Part shown: in pieces, positions 18,489-29,449 of the stretch | How the letters are laid out: each line of letters begins with the position of its first letter | How positions within the stretch are numbered: the stretch's first letter is position 1 | Assembly: GCA_019429385.1 (NCBI GenBank) | Contig: JAHYIS010000007.1 | Span: forward strand, 5,909-69,908 | Source: ANME-2 cluster archaeon | Lineage (GTDB): Archaea; Halobacteriota; Methanosarcinia; Methanosarcinales; Methanocomedenaceae | DNA: 64,000 bases | Direction: 5' to 3' | Notes under the pieces: generated by a model | What the model saw: only the letters and a program-made list of their open reading frames with translations | What the model was told of the DNA's origin: nothing | Database searches by the model: none | Translations under genes and position numbers: made by a program

Positions 18489-19049
18489 CTACCGTGCAGC
18501 CTTTGCAACCCGTTCCTTTCCTTCCTTCTTATTGATGGAATAGGACTTGACATCGTAATTCGCTGCTGCAATTATCTCATTTGCCAGTGTCTCTTCAATG
18601 GAACGCCGGCTCTTAAAAGCTGACTTTTGTGCACCCTGGGCGATAAGTTTCAATGCAATATCCACCCTGCGCTGTGGAGCACTGTCCACTGCCTTTGGTA
18701 CGGCAATACCCCCATATTTCAACCTTACCGTTTCTTCCCTGGGCCCGGCATTGATTACAGCATTGACCAATACCTGAATGGGATTACTCTTTGTCTTTTT
18801 ATTGATAATATCAAAGGCACCGCCTACAATCTTGTACGTGGTCATTTTCTTGCCAGTGTTTTGCTCGCTCAACATCAACTTATTAATGAGCCTTTCCACA
18901 ATGTGCTGGTTCGATTTGTTGAACTGCTGCCTGGCATGTTTTCCACCGGAATAAGGCAAAATAACAGGGGTAGTATTGATATATCTCTGGAGACTGATAT
19001 CATTAACCTCCACTTCAGTTGAATCCCATTTACCAAATAATTTGTACAT
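18489..19049 (-). CDS. rps7: 30S ribosomal protein S7 (uS7)
   Basis: Sequence and position between S12 and EF-2. Confidence 0.95.
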   Translation of the reverse strand: MYKLFGKWDSTEVEVNDISLQRYINTTPVILPYSGGKHARQQFNKSNQHIVERLINKLMLSEQNTGKKMTTYKIVGGAFDIINKKTKSNPIQVLVNAVINAGPREETVRLKYGGIAVPKAVDSAPQRRVDIALKLIAQGAQKSAFKSRRSIEETLANEIIAAANYDVKSYSINKKEGKERVAKAAR

Positions 19050-19053
19050 ATAT

Positions 19054-19482
19054 CTACCTCATTGGTTTTTCCTTACGGTTCATAACCATCTGTTTGAGTG
19101 GCACATTATTCACAGCAATCACTTTGAACCGGACACCGGGAATATCACCCATTGCACCGCCCATCCGACCGCCAATGCGCTCCACGGTAACCTCATCATG
19201 TTCATCGATAAAACTGATAGCGCCATCCCCCGGACAAAAAGCAGTAACCTGTCGCCCGTTCTTGATCAACTGTATCCTGACACATTTGCGTATTGCTGAG
19301 TTGGGCTGTTTTGCTTCAACACCCACTTTCTCAAGCACTATACCTCGTCCCATGGGTGCCCCTCCCATAGGGTCTGCTTTCACATTGAGCCGCAGTGCAC
19401 GTCTAAAGTATGTCCGATCACTCCATCTGAAGTTTTCCCTGTCATTTTTCAATTTGCGAGCGGCGTATTTTCCATTTCCCAT
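19054..19482 (-). CDS. rps12: 30S ribosomal protein S12 (uS12)
   Basis: ...[30 protein letters not shown]... is the canonical uS12 motif. Confidence 0.95.
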   Translation of the reverse strand: MGNGKYAARKLKNDRENFRWSDRTYFRRALRLNVKADPMGGAPMGRGIVLEKVGVEAKQPNSAIRKCVRIQLIKNGRQVTAFCPGDGAISFIDEHDEVTVERIGGRMGGAMGDIPGVRFKVIAVNNVPLKQMVMNRKEKPMR

Positions 19483-19548
19483 CTATGTTACTTCCTATAA
19501 TATTCTAATATTGTATAATCCTATATATTATTGTCAAATGTATGTGGG

Positions 19549-19980
19549 CTACTTGATTGTAACATCATCTATATCATGATGTCGCTTAGCGAGTAACTTG
19601 ACTTTCTCAATGTTACGTCCATTCCGTCCTATGGCAAGACCTTTCTCTTTGGTGCTTACTTCTACATAAGCTATGCGTCTGTCACCTTTATAGCCAATCT
19701 TCACATCACTGACATTAGCAGGCTGCAGGAGACCTTTGATGAACGTCTTGGGGTCATCGCTGTATTCCACCACTTCAACATGGCGGCCGATGTTCTTAAC
19801 TACCCGATTGATATGTTCCCCATTTTTTCCGATGGCAATACCCATGTCACCTGGTTTTACGACAAAAATAACCCTGTTGTTCTCATCATCAACAAGACAA
19901 TCCCTGGCAGTAGCTCCGGTCGTATTTTCGAACAGGGCTATATACCGTATTCCATCAGTGTTGATCTTGACTTCGCTCAA
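19549..19980 (-). CDS. nusA: Archaeal NusA-like transcription termination factor (two KH domains)
   Basis: Two GxxG KH motifs (IGKNGEHI and IGRNGRNI). It sits in the conserved position. Confidence 0.9.
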   Translation of the reverse strand: MSEVKINTDGIRYIALFENTTGATARDCLVDDENNRVIFVVKPGDMGIAIGKNGEHINRVVKNIGRHVEVVEYSDDPKTFIKGLLQPANVSDVKIGYKGDRRIAYVEVSTKEKGLAIGRNGRNIEKVKLLAKRHHDIDDVTIK

Positions 19981-19994
19981 AAAAACCCCTTATC

Positions 19995-20294
19995 TTATGC
20001 TTTCAATACTGCCATAATATCTGATTCGCCCGACTCAACAACAGCCATTGCCACAATAGCAAAAGGCTTACTAAGCGTAGTTCCCAGTTCAACTCCCATT
20101 CCCGGGAAGTCAATGATCGGGACTTTCCCTGTTACCATCTTTCTCACTTCTTCAGGACAATTAGATGCAAGTACCACAGCCTTTGCCTGGTTACTTTCAA
20201 CTGCCTTTTGTGTCCGTTTGGAACCGATAATTACCGTTCCGGTCTGTACAGCACTCCTGAGTACTTTGTTAAGGTCTACTTCCATAAATATCAT
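19995..20294 (-). CDS. rpl30e: 50S ribosomal protein L30e
   Basis: ...VLRSAVQTGTVIIGSKRTQKAVESNQAKAVVLASNCPEE... It sits in the conserved position after rpoA''. Confidence 0.9.
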   Translation of the reverse strand: MIFMEVDLNKVLRSAVQTGTVIIGSKRTQKAVESNQAKAVVLASNCPEEVRKMVTGKVPIIDFPGMGVELGTTLSKPFAIVAMAVVESGESDIMAVLKA

Positions 20295-20331
20295 CTCATT
20301 TCAATTTTTTCTTCCTACAGGATTTCATCGT

Positions 20332-21480
20332 TTAAGTCCTTTTTGTCGCCATGAGTTTGATGTGCCCGGTACCCAGCTTGATAGGCTGGCCTACTATGAC
20401 GTTCTCTGTAACACCTTTGAGTTCATCCACATCTCCGCGCAGACCTGCATCCAACAGATGGCTCACAGTCACTTCGAAGGCAGCACGGGCAAGTACACTT
20501 GCCTTTTCTCCGGAAATACCATGTCTACCGATAGCTTTTACTTCACCATCGACAGTCATAATATCTGACACCAGCATGATATGCCTCACATCAACGGTCA
20601 AACCCTGTTCACGCAGGGTATCAGTGGCTTCCTTTATGATACTGTTGCGTGCAGCTTCAATGCCAAATACCTCGAATATCTCATTGACATTATTGGTACT
20701 GGTACGCGTGGTATCTATTCCATCGAATGCAAGTACCTGCTTCAGTGCCGAACCTTCAGTGTACAGCACATACTCACCAATAATATCATCTTTGCTTATG
20801 ACCACTCGGTTGATTGCCTTGACACCCTTTATTATCACATTTTCCAGATTCTTGCTCAACTGCAAAAGTTCCCGGTAAGATTCATTTTCCGGCTTGATAA
20901 TGAGAACATTATTCTCCGTTAAAACGGTCACACCTAATTCATCTTCCAGCTTTTCTGCAATCTCCCCGGCTGTCAGACCTCTCTGGATAATGGCCTTGTC
21001 ATTGAGCTCAACTTCCAATAACATATCAGTGAGGTCAGTAGACAGACTGCCTACATGACTGATATGAGTGGCCTCGATATCCCATGCAAGTTTGCGGGCC
21101 ATGTCACGGTCCTTGGCATACTCTTCAGTCAGGTATATGGTCATCATAGGCGTGGAAGGATTCTTCCTTGCATCCACAATCTCTATCAATCTTGGCAGAC
21201 CAAGTGTAACGTTGATCTCAGCCACACCTGCATAGTGGAACGTTCTCATGGTCATCTGTGTACCGGGCTCACCGATACTCTGGGCTGATACTACACCTGC
21301 TGCTTCACAGGGTTCGATACGCGCATAATCATAACTTTCCCGTGCACGTTCTATAATATCTTCAAGCTGCTTCTTGGTCACATCAACCTTTTGCAGGTCA
21401 TTTCTCAAGGCATCCACCAGGTTCTGGGGCAGTAGCAGGTTCTCAGTCATTTCATCAATGGTCTTTTTACTGACTGCCAT
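20332..21480 (-). CDS. rpoA2: DNA-directed RNA polymerase subunit A''
   Basis: 382 aa. [19 protein letters not shown] motif. It immediately follows A'. Confidence 0.97.
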   Translation of the reverse strand: MAVSKKTIDEMTENLLLPQNLVDALRNDLQKVDVTKKQLEDIIERARESYDYARIEPCEAAGVVSAQSIGEPGTQMTMRTFHYAGVAEINVTLGLPRLIEIVDARKNPSTPMMTIYLTEEYAKDRDMARKLAWDIEATHISHVGSLSTDLTDMLLEVELNDKAIIQRGLTAGEIAEKLEDELGVTVLTENNVLIIKPENESYRELLQLSKNLENVIIKGVKAINRVVISKDDIIGEYVLYTEGSALKQVLAFDGIDTTRTSTNNVNEIFEVFGIEAARNSIIKEATDTLREQGLTVDVRHIMLVSDIMTVDGEVKAIGRHGISGEKASVLARAAFEVTVSHLLDAGLRGDVDELKGVTENVIVGQPIKLGTGHIKLMATKRT

Positions 21481-24123
21481 TTATTCCACCTCCTTCCCGA
21501 TGACATCCTCGATTATCCTTCGCATGGTCTGGGGTTTACTGTAATCGCTCTTCATGGGGTCCACACCGTCTTCTCCGTATTTGAACTGAACGACCATTCC
21601 CCTGGTATCCCTCACAGTACCGTCATACTGGACCTCAAGGTCCTGCAAGGCATTGACCAGCCTGCGCTGGAGATAACCACTTTGTGATGTCCTGACAGCC
21701 GTATCCACCAGTCCTTCCCTGCCACCAATGGCGTGGAAGAAGTATTCGGTAGGGGATAAGCCCTTTTTATAACTGCTCTTCACAAACCCGTGAGCAGCTG
21801 CACCGAGGTCACCATGATTGAAATTAGATAGGGTCCTGCCTGCATAACCACGGCGTATTCGCTCGCCTCTCACTGCCTGCTGGCCAACGCATCCTGCCAT
21901 CTGGGTAAGGTTCAACATAGAACCCCTGGCCCCGGACACCGCCATAACCACAGCAGTATTATCAAGACCAAGATATTTACCCGCAATATCACCGGTAGCA
22001 TCCCTTGCCTTACCCAATTCCTGCATTATCTTCAGTTCGAGTGTTTCTGCTACTGTCCTGCCAGGCAGAGGTTCCAGATTGTCTTCATTAAAAGCAATGA
22101 TAAGGTCCATAACTCTTTTTTCGGCTTCCTCGAGCAGTTCAGATATCTGTGCGCTTGCTTCGTCCGGTATGTCTTCGTCATTGATACCGAAACTGAATCC
22201 AAAATGCATGATACTCCTGATAGCAAGCCTTGTCATATCATCAATGAACTGGAGAGCAACTGCCGGGCTGTAATCCTTAACAATACGGTCAAGTATCAAA
22301 CCTTTGAACGCGCCTATAGCCTTTTCATCGATAGTGCCGCTGAGCAGTTGACCGTTCCTTATTGTCACGTAAGCATCACGGTTACATTCCTCTTTCTTAC
22401 AGGTATCACAGTTCTCGCACAATAATGCTTTATAGGTCATGTTCAACCCGTCAGGCAGAATCTGGCTGAATACCTGTTTTCCTGTCCAGTAAGGTTTGCC
22501 GCCCTCTTCACCAGACGGCTCCACAATCTCTGTGACCCGTGATTTCCTTAACATTTCAAGGAAATCGTTCTTATCTAACCGTTTATCACCCTTGGTAAGC
22601 ATGTACAAACCTGATATGTGGTCATGTATACCGCCAATAATTGGACCACCGAAACGGGGTGACAGGATGTTTTCCTGAACATGGATGAGCATCTTTGCTT
22701 CAGCTCTTGCCTCTTCGGTCTGGAGCACATGCATGTTCATCTCATCACCATCAAAATCGGCATTATATGGTGGACATACTGCAGGGTTCAGCCGGAACGT
22801 TTTATGTGGCAGCACCTTGACCTCATGAGCCATAATGCTCATCCTGTGCAGTGAAGGCTGCCTGTTGAACAGAATGGTATCTCCATCCTTCAACTGCCTG
22901 TCAACCTTCCATCCCACTTCAAGTGTTTCTGCTAATTCCTCGCAGTTCTTGTCTGTGACCTTGAGCCTGCGATTATCATCGCGTATCACATAATTCGCAC
23001 CCGGATGATTGTCAGGACCTCTTCTGATATATTCACGTATTTCATTGAGATTACGTTTGGTCACATTGACAGGTATGCTCAATTCCATAGCCATAGATAA
23101 TGGCACACCAACCTCACTTATACTCAGGTTAGGGTCAGGGGATATTACCGTCCTTGCACTGAAATTGACCCTTTTTCCTGAAAGACTGCCCCTGAACCTG
23201 CCTTCCTTACCTTTAAGTCGCTGTGACAGTGTTTTTAAAGGTCTGCCTGAACGGTGCCTTGCAGGGGGTACGCCAGAAACAGCGTTATCTATGAACGTGG
23301 TTACATGATATTGAAGAAGTTCCCACAGGTCTTCAATAATGAGCTGAGGCGCACCTGCTTCGCGGTTCTCCTGGAAACGCTGGTTGATCCTGATAATATC
23401 CACCAGTTTATGGGTAAGGTCATCCTCACTCCTTTGTCCTGACTCCAGAGTAATACTGGGGCGCATGGTCACAGGTGGTACGGGAAGCACCGTCATAATA
23501 GTCCATTCGGGCCTGGCTTTAGTGGGGTCTATACCCATGACCTCTATATCGTCGTTCGATATCTTTTCGAACCTGGCTCTGATATCGGACGGCATGAGCT
23601 TATGTTCATGAGTCCCATCCTTTTCTATATAAGTGGTGGGTTTTTCTACCTTCACTTCAAGTTGCTGGACACCGCAGTACTGGCAAACCTTAGGCTTTCT
23701 TGCCTCCTTGAAAGCTTCATTGGTAATGTCCTCAATAGGCTGTCCAATCTTCTTTAGCATCCGTATTTGCTCAAGATATTGTTTTTTCTGGTTTGAATCC
23801 AGAAGAAGCGCCCCGCAATCCCTGCACGTGGCCCTTAATATCTTGCGTATCAGTTTTGTAAATCCTACATGTATCACAGGTGCAATGAGCTCCACATGCC
23901 CAAAATGACCAGGACATTCACCTGCCCTGCCACCGCATGTCTTGCATCGAAGTCCCGGGTCAATGACACCCATCTTTGGGTCCATGAGACCCATCTCAAT
24001 GGGAAAACCGTCATCATCATAGGTATCTGCTGTGATAACCCTGGTGACGCTCATCTTTCTGTATTCTTTGGGTGAAATAAGCCCGAACCGTATCTCTTTA
24101 ATTCTTTTTGGAACTGTTGACAT
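21481..24123 (-). CDS. rpoA1: DNA-directed RNA polymerase subunit A'
   Basis: 880 aa. Zn motifs CKTCGGRAGECPGHFGH and the catalytic YNADFDGDEMN. Confidence 0.98.
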   Translation of the reverse strand: MSTVPKRIKEIRFGLISPKEYRKMSVTRVITADTYDDDGFPIEMGLMDPKMGVIDPGLRCKTCGGRAGECPGHFGHVELIAPVIHVGFTKLIRKILRATCRDCGALLLDSNQKKQYLEQIRMLKKIGQPIEDITNEAFKEARKPKVCQYCGVQQLEVKVEKPTTYIEKDGTHEHKLMPSDIRARFEKISNDDIEVMGIDPTKARPEWTIMTVLPVPPVTMRPSITLESGQRSEDDLTHKLVDIIRINQRFQENREAGAPQLIIEDLWELLQYHVTTFIDNAVSGVPPARHRSGRPLKTLSQRLKGKEGRFRGSLSGKRVNFSARTVISPDPNLSISEVGVPLSMAMELSIPVNVTKRNLNEIREYIRRGPDNHPGANYVIRDDNRRLKVTDKNCEELAETLEVGWKVDRQLKDGDTILFNRQPSLHRMSIMAHEVKVLPHKTFRLNPAVCPPYNADFDGDEMNMHVLQTEEARAEAKMLIHVQENILSPRFGGPIIGGIHDHISGLYMLTKGDKRLDKNDFLEMLRKSRVTEIVEPSGEEGGKPYWTGKQVFSQILPDGLNMTYKALLCENCDTCKKEECNRDAYVTIRNGQLLSGTIDEKAIGAFKGLILDRIVKDYSPAVALQFIDDMTRLAIRSIMHFGFSFGINDEDIPDEASAQISELLEEAEKRVMDLIIAFNEDNLEPLPGRTVAETLELKIMQELGKARDATGDIAGKYLGLDNTAVVMAVSGARGSMLNLTQMAGCVGQQAVRGERIRRGYAGRTLSNFNHGDLGAAAHGFVKSSYKKGLSPTEYFFHAIGGREGLVDTAVRTSQSGYLQRRLVNALQDLEVQYDGTVRDTRGMVVQFKYGEDGVDPMKSDYSKPQTMRRIIEDVIGKEVE

Positions 24124-24135
24124 TATTAATACCCC

Positions 24136-25986
24136 CTACACTGCATCCTCAAGTACCATCCTGGGAGCTACACCCAGTGATTTTATCTCGTCCAGCAGCA
24201 ACTTGAAGGCATAACTCATCTCCACCTTGAATATACCTATCTCGGCACCGCAGTTGGGACAGAATGTTACATTTCGTCTCTTGTCATTGGTAGCGATCAT
24301 TCCGCATGTCGAGCAGACAAGTTGTTCTACTTTATCCGATTCGTCCAGTAACCGTTCCTTCAAGGCAAGGGATGCACCATGCCCGATGAGCACGTCCCGC
24401 TCCATCTCACCGAATCTCAGACCGCCTTCCCTGGCCCGCCCTTCAGTAGGCTGCCTGGTAAGCACCTGGACTGGACCCCTGCTCCTGGCATGTATCTTGG
24501 ATGCTACCATGTGGTAGAGTTTCTGGTACAGGATAGCACCTACGAACACGTCGGCTTCGATGCGCTTACCTGTGATACCATCGTAGAACACTTCCTTGCC
24601 GGTATGAGAATAACCTGCACGTTTCAGGGCCAGTCTCAGGTCCTCCTCGGATTCACCGGAAAATGGAGTGCCGTTGACGCGCCTGCCTTCAAGACTGCCA
24701 ACTTTTCCTCCTATCATTTCCAGAACATGGGCAACAGTCATCCTTGACGGAATGGCATGGGGATTGATTATGAGGTCTGGTACCATACCCGATTCATTGA
24801 AAGGCATATCATCAAAAGGCATGATAAGTCCAATAACACCTTTCTGCCCGTGCCTGGATGCAAACTTATCGCCCAGTTCAGGAATCCTCTGATCCCTTAT
24901 CTTCACTTTTGTCAACCTGGCACCGTTCTCGCTCTCTGTAAGAATGACAGAGTCCACGATGCCCTGTTCATTAGAACGCATAGTAACACTTGACTCGCGC
25001 CTCTGCTGGCGACTCAGGCCCAGTTCCGTAGGTTCTTCAAGGAACCGGGGTGGGCTGGTCTTACCGACGAGCACATCATTGTGACCCACCACGATCTCGG
25101 GATTTACTATCCCATCCTCATCCAGCTGGGAATACACTTCCGGACCGCGTGCACCCCTCACTTCCTGGTCAGGTATTTCGAACTTATCCTCCTGGCCGCC
25201 CGGGTAACGTCTTTCTTCTCCGTCCATGGTCCTGAAGAAATGGCTCCTTCCCAGGCCACGCTCTATACTACCTTTATTGATGACCAGGGCATCCTCAATA
25301 TTATACCCTTCATAGGAAAGTACTGCCACGATAAAATTCTGGCCTGCCGGTCTGTCATCAAAACCGATCACATCACATGTCTGGGTATGCACCAGCGCTT
25401 TTTGCGGGTAATGCAGCAAATGTCCCCTGGTATCCGGCCTGAGTTTCATATTTACCATGGGTACGCCAAGGCACTGCTTTACCATACCTGCACCCATGGT
25501 GCATCTTGGCGATGCATTATGCTCAGGGAAAGGTATCATTCCGGTACAGATACCCAGTATCAGGGCAGGGTCTAACTCAAGATGGGTATGCTCCGGGGTC
25601 AGGTCGGCCTCATCCACTGCAATGAACACGTTTTCTTCTTCTTCAGCATCGATATATTCTATCAGCCCCATCTTAATGAGGTCTTCAAATACAATCTCAT
25701 TGTTTTTCAACTGTGAGACGTGCTCTTCCCTCATCAATGGTTTTCCTTTCTCCACTATGATGCAAGGTCTGCGTGCTCTGCCGTTATCACTATTTATGAT
25801 TATTTCATTGGTTGTGGGATAGTGTGCTACATTTACCTGTTTTGGTATGGTACCTGAACGGCGCATCTGCCTGATATTGTCAACCAGTTCATCAGGTCTG
25901 CCATGGTAACCCAGCAATTCCCCATTTAAAAAAACTCTTGTTCTATTCAAACGAATCGCCCCCTTCGTCATTACTACTGTATTCAA
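24136..25986 (-). CDS. rpoB1: DNA-directed RNA polymerase subunit B' (C-terminal half of RpoB)
   Basis: 616 aa. [13 protein letters not shown] and C-terminal Zn ribbon CSTCGM...CPNCG. The annotated start overlaps the B'' 3' end by 44 nt, so the exact start is uncertain. Confidence 0.97.
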   Translation of the reverse strand: MNTVVMTKGAIRLNRTRVFLNGELLGYHGRPDELVDNIRQMRRSGTIPKQVNVAHYPTTNEIIINSDNGRARRPCIIVEKGKPLMREEHVSQLKNNEIVFEDLIKMGLIEYIDAEEEENVFIAVDEADLTPEHTHLELDPALILGICTGMIPFPEHNASPRCTMGAGMVKQCLGVPMVNMKLRPDTRGHLLHYPQKALVHTQTCDVIGFDDRPAGQNFIVAVLSYEGYNIEDALVINKGSIERGLGRSHFFRTMDGEERRYPGGQEDKFEIPDQEVRGARGPEVYSQLDEDGIVNPEIVVGHNDVLVGKTSPPRFLEEPTELGLSRQQRRESSVTMRSNEQGIVDSVILTESENGARLTKVKIRDQRIPELGDKFASRHGQKGVIGLIMPFDDMPFNESGMVPDLIINPHAIPSRMTVAHVLEMIGGKVGSLEGRRVNGTPFSGESEEDLRLALKRAGYSHTGKEVFYDGITGKRIEADVFVGAILYQKLYHMVASKIHARSRGPVQVLTRQPTEGRAREGGLRFGEMERDVLIGHGASLALKERLLDESDKVEQLVCSTCGMIATNDKRRNVTFCPNCGAEIGIFKVEMSYAFKLLLDEIKSLGVAPRMVLEDAV

Positions 25987-27532
25987 GGGATTGTTCTATC
26001 GCCTCAAGTTCTGTGGCATAGGTCCCGGGTGCCTCTTCCAAACTCATGATATGCATAACTATCGGTTCAACGCCAAGGTTGTACATGGTCTGTTTTAATG
26101 CCTTGAAATCATACACTTCTGTGGATATCTCCACCATCTGGGCAAAGTTCTTCACAAGCCCGCAATTTGGTCCTTCCGGGGTCTCTGATGGACAGATACG
26201 TCCCCACTGGGTGGGGTGCAGGTCCCTGGCCTCGAAATGAGGTTGTGCTCTGGACAGGGGAGATATCACGCGGCGCAGATGTGAGAGAGTGGCCATGTAA
26301 TCGATACGGTCCAGTAACTGTGACACACCAGCCCTGCCGCCAACCCAATTGCCGGTAGCAAGTGGATGTGCCAGCCGTTCTGTAAGGACATCTGCCCTGA
26401 CCACGGTAATTACATTGAGGTCACGGTTTCGCATATTGGCCCTCTCAAGCTGGTACTTGACATCACGTGCCAGCCTGTTGAACGAAACCCTGAACAGGTC
26501 TTCCATAAGGTCGCCGCTCAGTTTGAGACGCTTATTAGAATAATGGTCCTTGTCGTCTGGCTGGCGCCTGCCCAGTGCCAGTTCAAAACAGGACTCAGCC
26601 ATCCTTGCCAGGTATTGTGCTTTCACTGGCCGGTGAGCGGGATCATTACCAAGATGGGGTAACAAATATCGATCAATAACATAATTTGCCCGCTTTATCT
26701 GGTATTCTCTTGTCTGCCCGGCAGCCACCCGGCTACCTACCTTTTCTATGGCTTCCCCAATAGTGTGTACTTCAGCTTCTTCAAGGTTTTCAAGCATGAA
26801 CTTGATTACTTCAGGATTGTCAGAGACCATGTTTACAATATCCTCATCGGTCTCGACACCCATTGACCGCATCAACGTGATAAAAGAAAGACGCCCGGAA
26901 ATGGCAGGGAAACTTACCTCGACAATAGACTTCCGGCCACGTTCAACAACTACCAGTGCCCTGTACCCGCGGCGTTCACTGAATACTTTGGCAACCTCTA
27001 TCCGGTCTCCATAGCGTTCTTCGAACTCGGTGAATATCTTGTTTGGTGCAAGGTCTTCCAGTGTCATCAGTACCCGCTCAGTACCGTTGATTATGAAATA
27101 TCCGCCCGGGTCCAATGGGTCCTCACCAAAAGTGATCATTTCCTTAGGAGATATCTCGGAAAGATTGCAGCCTTTGCTCATCAGCATCATAGGAAGCTGA
27201 CCAATTACCGCTTCAACCAGGTCGTTTTCAGTTTCACCTTTCACGATAGTCATTTCAAGGAACAGCGGGGCAGAATACGTGATGTTCCTGAGGCGGGCAT
27301 CGTTAGGATATAATAGGTCCTGTGCACCATCGGCTTCTTTCACCGTGGGCTTTCCGACCCTTATCTCTCCAAGCCTGACATAAGTATCCTCGATGTCAGT
27401 TTCAATAGTTGCCTGTTCGTTTATGACTTTTTGCAGTCCATAGTCAAGAAAATCATTGAATGAATCAATATGATGTCTGACTATGTTATCTCTTGTAAAG
27501 TAAGCTCTGGACAATACTTGTCTATCCAACAC
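25943..27532 (-). CDS. rpoB2: DNA-directed RNA polymerase subunit B'' (N-terminal half of RpoB)
   Basis: 529 aa. ...[11 protein letters not shown]... and ...[18 protein letters not shown]... motifs. Confidence 0.97.
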   Translation of the reverse strand: MLDRQVLSRAYFTRDNIVRHHIDSFNDFLDYGLQKVINEQATIETDIEDTYVRLGEIRVGKPTVKEADGAQDLLYPNDARLRNITYSAPLFLEMTIVKGETENDLVEAVIGQLPMMLMSKGCNLSEISPKEMITFGEDPLDPGGYFIINGTERVLMTLEDLAPNKIFTEFEERYGDRIEVAKVFSERRGYRALVVVERGRKSIVEVSFPAISGRLSFITLMRSMGVETDEDIVNMVSDNPEVIKFMLENLEEAEVHTIGEAIEKVGSRVAAGQTREYQIKRANYVIDRYLLPHLGNDPAHRPVKAQYLARMAESCFELALGRRQPDDKDHYSNKRLKLSGDLMEDLFRVSFNRLARDVKYQLERANMRNRDLNVITVVRADVLTERLAHPLATGNWVGGRAGVSQLLDRIDYMATLSHLRRVISPLSRAQPHFEARDLHPTQWGRICPSETPEGPNCGLVKNFAQMVEISTEVYDFKALKQTMYNLGVEPIVMHIMSLEEAPGTYATELEAIEQSLEYSSNDEGGDSFE

Positions 27533-27588
27533 GGATTTGCACCTTCCTGATTTTTAGCAGAATAAAATTTAATTCAATTATTCACAGT

Positions 27589-27834
27589 TTATTCAATTAC
27601 CAGTCTGTAAACAACAGCCTCTCCTGCTGTAGGGCTGTTCCTGATTACCTTGATAACATCTCCAATTTCAGCGCCGATCTCCACAATAACCGGATCTGAA
27701 ATCTTTATTTTTGGTAATTGCTCTTTGTCCACATCATATTCTTTCAGGACTTTGTTAACTTCATTGTCCGGTATTAAAATATGCTGCGGTACCATATTAT
27801 GACCAATTAGACTGAATTCTTTGATATTTTTCAT
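27589..27834 (-). CDS. rpoH: DNA-directed RNA polymerase subunit H
   Basis: MKNIKEFSLIGHNMVPQHILI...SPTAGEAVVYRLV. The track ORF (to 27897) runs into the tRNA gene, so ATG at 27834 is used. Confidence 0.9.
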   Translation of the reverse strand: MKNIKEFSLIGHNMVPQHILIPDNEVNKVLKEYDVDKEQLPKIKISDPVIVEIGAEIGDVIKVIRNSPTAGEAVVYRLVIE

Positions 27835-27866
27835 TTCAACATCCGTCCCCGGGTAATTATAAGAAG

Positions 27867-27972
27867 CGGGCTCGGAGGGATTTGAACCCCCGACCATCTG
27901 GTATCTTCCAATGCATGGGAATATCCATGCACCTTAAAAGCCAGGTGCTCTGCCTGTCTGAGCTACGAGCCC
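27867..27972 (-). tRNA. tRNA-Lys (anticodon UUU) with a 32-nt intron at the canonical 37/38 position (about 27903-27934); CCA not encoded
   Basis: Hand fold of the minus strand: GGGCTCG TA GCTC AGACAGGCA GAGC A CCTGG CTTTTA[intron]A CCAGA TGGTC GGGGG TTCAAAT CCCTC CGAGCCC G. The intron contains the hairpin GCATGG-ATATT-CCATGC. There is one C:A mismatch at 27:43. Confidence 0.85.
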
Positions 27973-28246
27973 TCTTAATTATAGCACCAGCTAATCTTCC
28001 ACCTAAACCTGTACGAAAATATTGCAATGAAAATTTTTTACAGTCCAATTCTTCACCGATTTGTATACTAGGGAGACTTTGCTGATGTGACGCGCTTGTA
28101 ATGTAATCATTACATTTAAAGGTTTCTTTCTAATCACTATATTTGTGTACCTTTTTACCCCACGTTACGTTCTATTAAGTTAATTGTATGGCTATCCGAC
28201 TTAAATCTTCCTTCTTCATTGATATCCGGTCTCTTGTTGTATATGA

Positions 28247-29434
28247 TCATTCACACGAGGGTACAGTTGGTTCATTAGGAGATGAAGATTCATCTGAAGG
28301 TACGCTTTGTTCATCTGGAGATGAAGATTCATCTGAAGGTACGCTTTGTTCATCTGGAGATGAAGATCCATCTGGTGGTATGCTTTGTTCGTTTGAAGAT
28401 GCCGATTGTCCTCCCTCAGCCTTGCCACCGGTCTCAAAGGCTTCCCTTTTTTTCTTTTTCGTATAATAGCTCAGCGGATGCCCTATCTCCCTGCACAGTA
28501 TATCCTTGCCCATGCAATTTCCATATGTGATCATAGTGGAACAGGATGGCGGTTTATAGGATGTACCCGTGCCACCCGCAATATGTTCAACCTGGTACCG
28601 TGTCATCTCTTCTTTGAAATCAGGCGATACGCCAAATAACTGGATTATCTGGTCCACTGAAAGTCCGATATTAAGTAAGAACGAAGTCAGTGCAAATCTG
28701 GCAGAATGTGCAAGATTTACACCGCCCTGGGCACCTGCCAATAAATGTTTTATGCAGGGTGGGAAACTTCCCGGTTCCATCTCACCGAAACCCTCCTCAC
28801 CCAGCTCTTTCTTGCTCTGTTCCAGGCAGGTCCTGACCTCGACAAGATATTCTTTAAGAGCCAGGCAGAAACTTTCTGGCACGGCAAGGGGCAGGGAGTT
28901 GAAAATACGTATCCTGATACCTTCCTGCAGTAAACGTGCATATTCTTCTTTTGTGATGTTGACATAACCTGACCTGAGCCTGCGGTTCACCAGTTTCCAG
29001 CTAAGTGCCCGCATCCCGGCAGCACCCCTGATATAATCGGTGAAATGTATCCGGAACCTTTTCTCGGCAATACTGGCATTAATGTTGAAATCCCCTCCAA
29101 TCTCCAGCAATGTTTCGTAATCGTCTTCTTTTTGCATTCTGGTATTGGCAAACTTAGCCTCTGCAAGAGCATACCGCCGTGTTAAAAAAGCATCATCTAT
29201 GCATGATACCAGTATCCTGGCGATGGGATAGGAGAGCAGTTCGACAACATCGGGTTTGTTGCTGTCCTCTTCGATCGCCCCGGTAATAGACTGGATGACC
29301 CTTGACCTGGCCCGGCTGCGAGGCATACCGTAAGCTTTGGATTTTATAATATCATCTATGGATGAGTCCATCTGGGCAACATATGCTGCTGCCTGGGTAA
29401 GAAATGGATAATATGATAGTTTTGCTACATCCAT
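28247..29434 (-). CDS. priL: DNA primase large subunit PriL with a repeat-derived acidic Ser/Pro-rich C-terminal tail
   Basis: The N-terminal and central regions are typical of PriL. The Fe-S domain cysteines are present (PPCIKHLL..., YKPPSCSTMITYGNCMGKDILC). The last ~55 aa are SSSPDEQSVPSDE-type repeats. Confidence 0.9.
   Translation of the reverse strand: MDVAKLSYYPFLTQAAAYVAQMDSSIDDIIKSKAYGMPRSRARSRVIQSITGAIEEDSNKPDVVELLSYPIARILVSCIDDAFLTRRYALAEAKFANTRMQKEDDYETLLEIGGDFNINASIAEKRFRIHFTDYIRGAAGMRALSWKLVNRRLRSGYVNITKEEYARLLQEGIRIRIFNSLPLAVPESFCLALKEYLVEVRTCLEQSKKELGEEGFGEMEPGSFPPCIKHLLAGAQGGVNLAHSARFALTSFLLNIGLSVDQIIQLFGVSPDFKEEMTRYQVEHIAGGTGTSYKPPSCSTMITYGNCMGKDILCREIGHPLSYYTKKKKREAFETGGKAEGGQSASSNEQSIPPDGSSSPDEQSVPSDESSSPDEQSVPSDESSSPNEPTVPSCE
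28250..28394. repeat. 39-bp tandem repeat, about 4 units (the two central units, 28278-28316 and 28317-28355, are 100% identical)
   Basis: GGAGATGAAGATTCATCTGAAGGTACGCTTTGTTCATCT occurs twice exactly, flanked by degenerate units. The repeat is in frame with priL on the minus strand. Confidence 0.95.
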
Positions 29435-29449
29435 TATGTATAGGATAAA

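Noticed and set aside
20332-27532. Inteins or unusual insertions in RpoA', RpoA'', RpoB', RpoB'', and also EF-2 and CarB
   Set aside because: The lengths (880/382/616/529/730/1066 aa) are canonical and the motifs are contiguous. I saw no Cys/Ser...HN intein boundaries.
27835-27897. Longer rpoH N-terminus (track start 27897)
   Set aside because: The extension overlaps the tRNA-Lys gene (27867-27972). Its sequence (MVGGSNPSEPASYNYPGTDVE) is the tRNA T-arm and acceptor read as protein.
28188-28466. Plus-strand ORF 28188..28466 and minus-strand ORF 28216..28437, which contain repeated peptides
   Set aside because: Both are alternative-frame or opposite-strand translations of the priL 39-bp tandem repeat. 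The priL frame is continuous with a well-supported protein.
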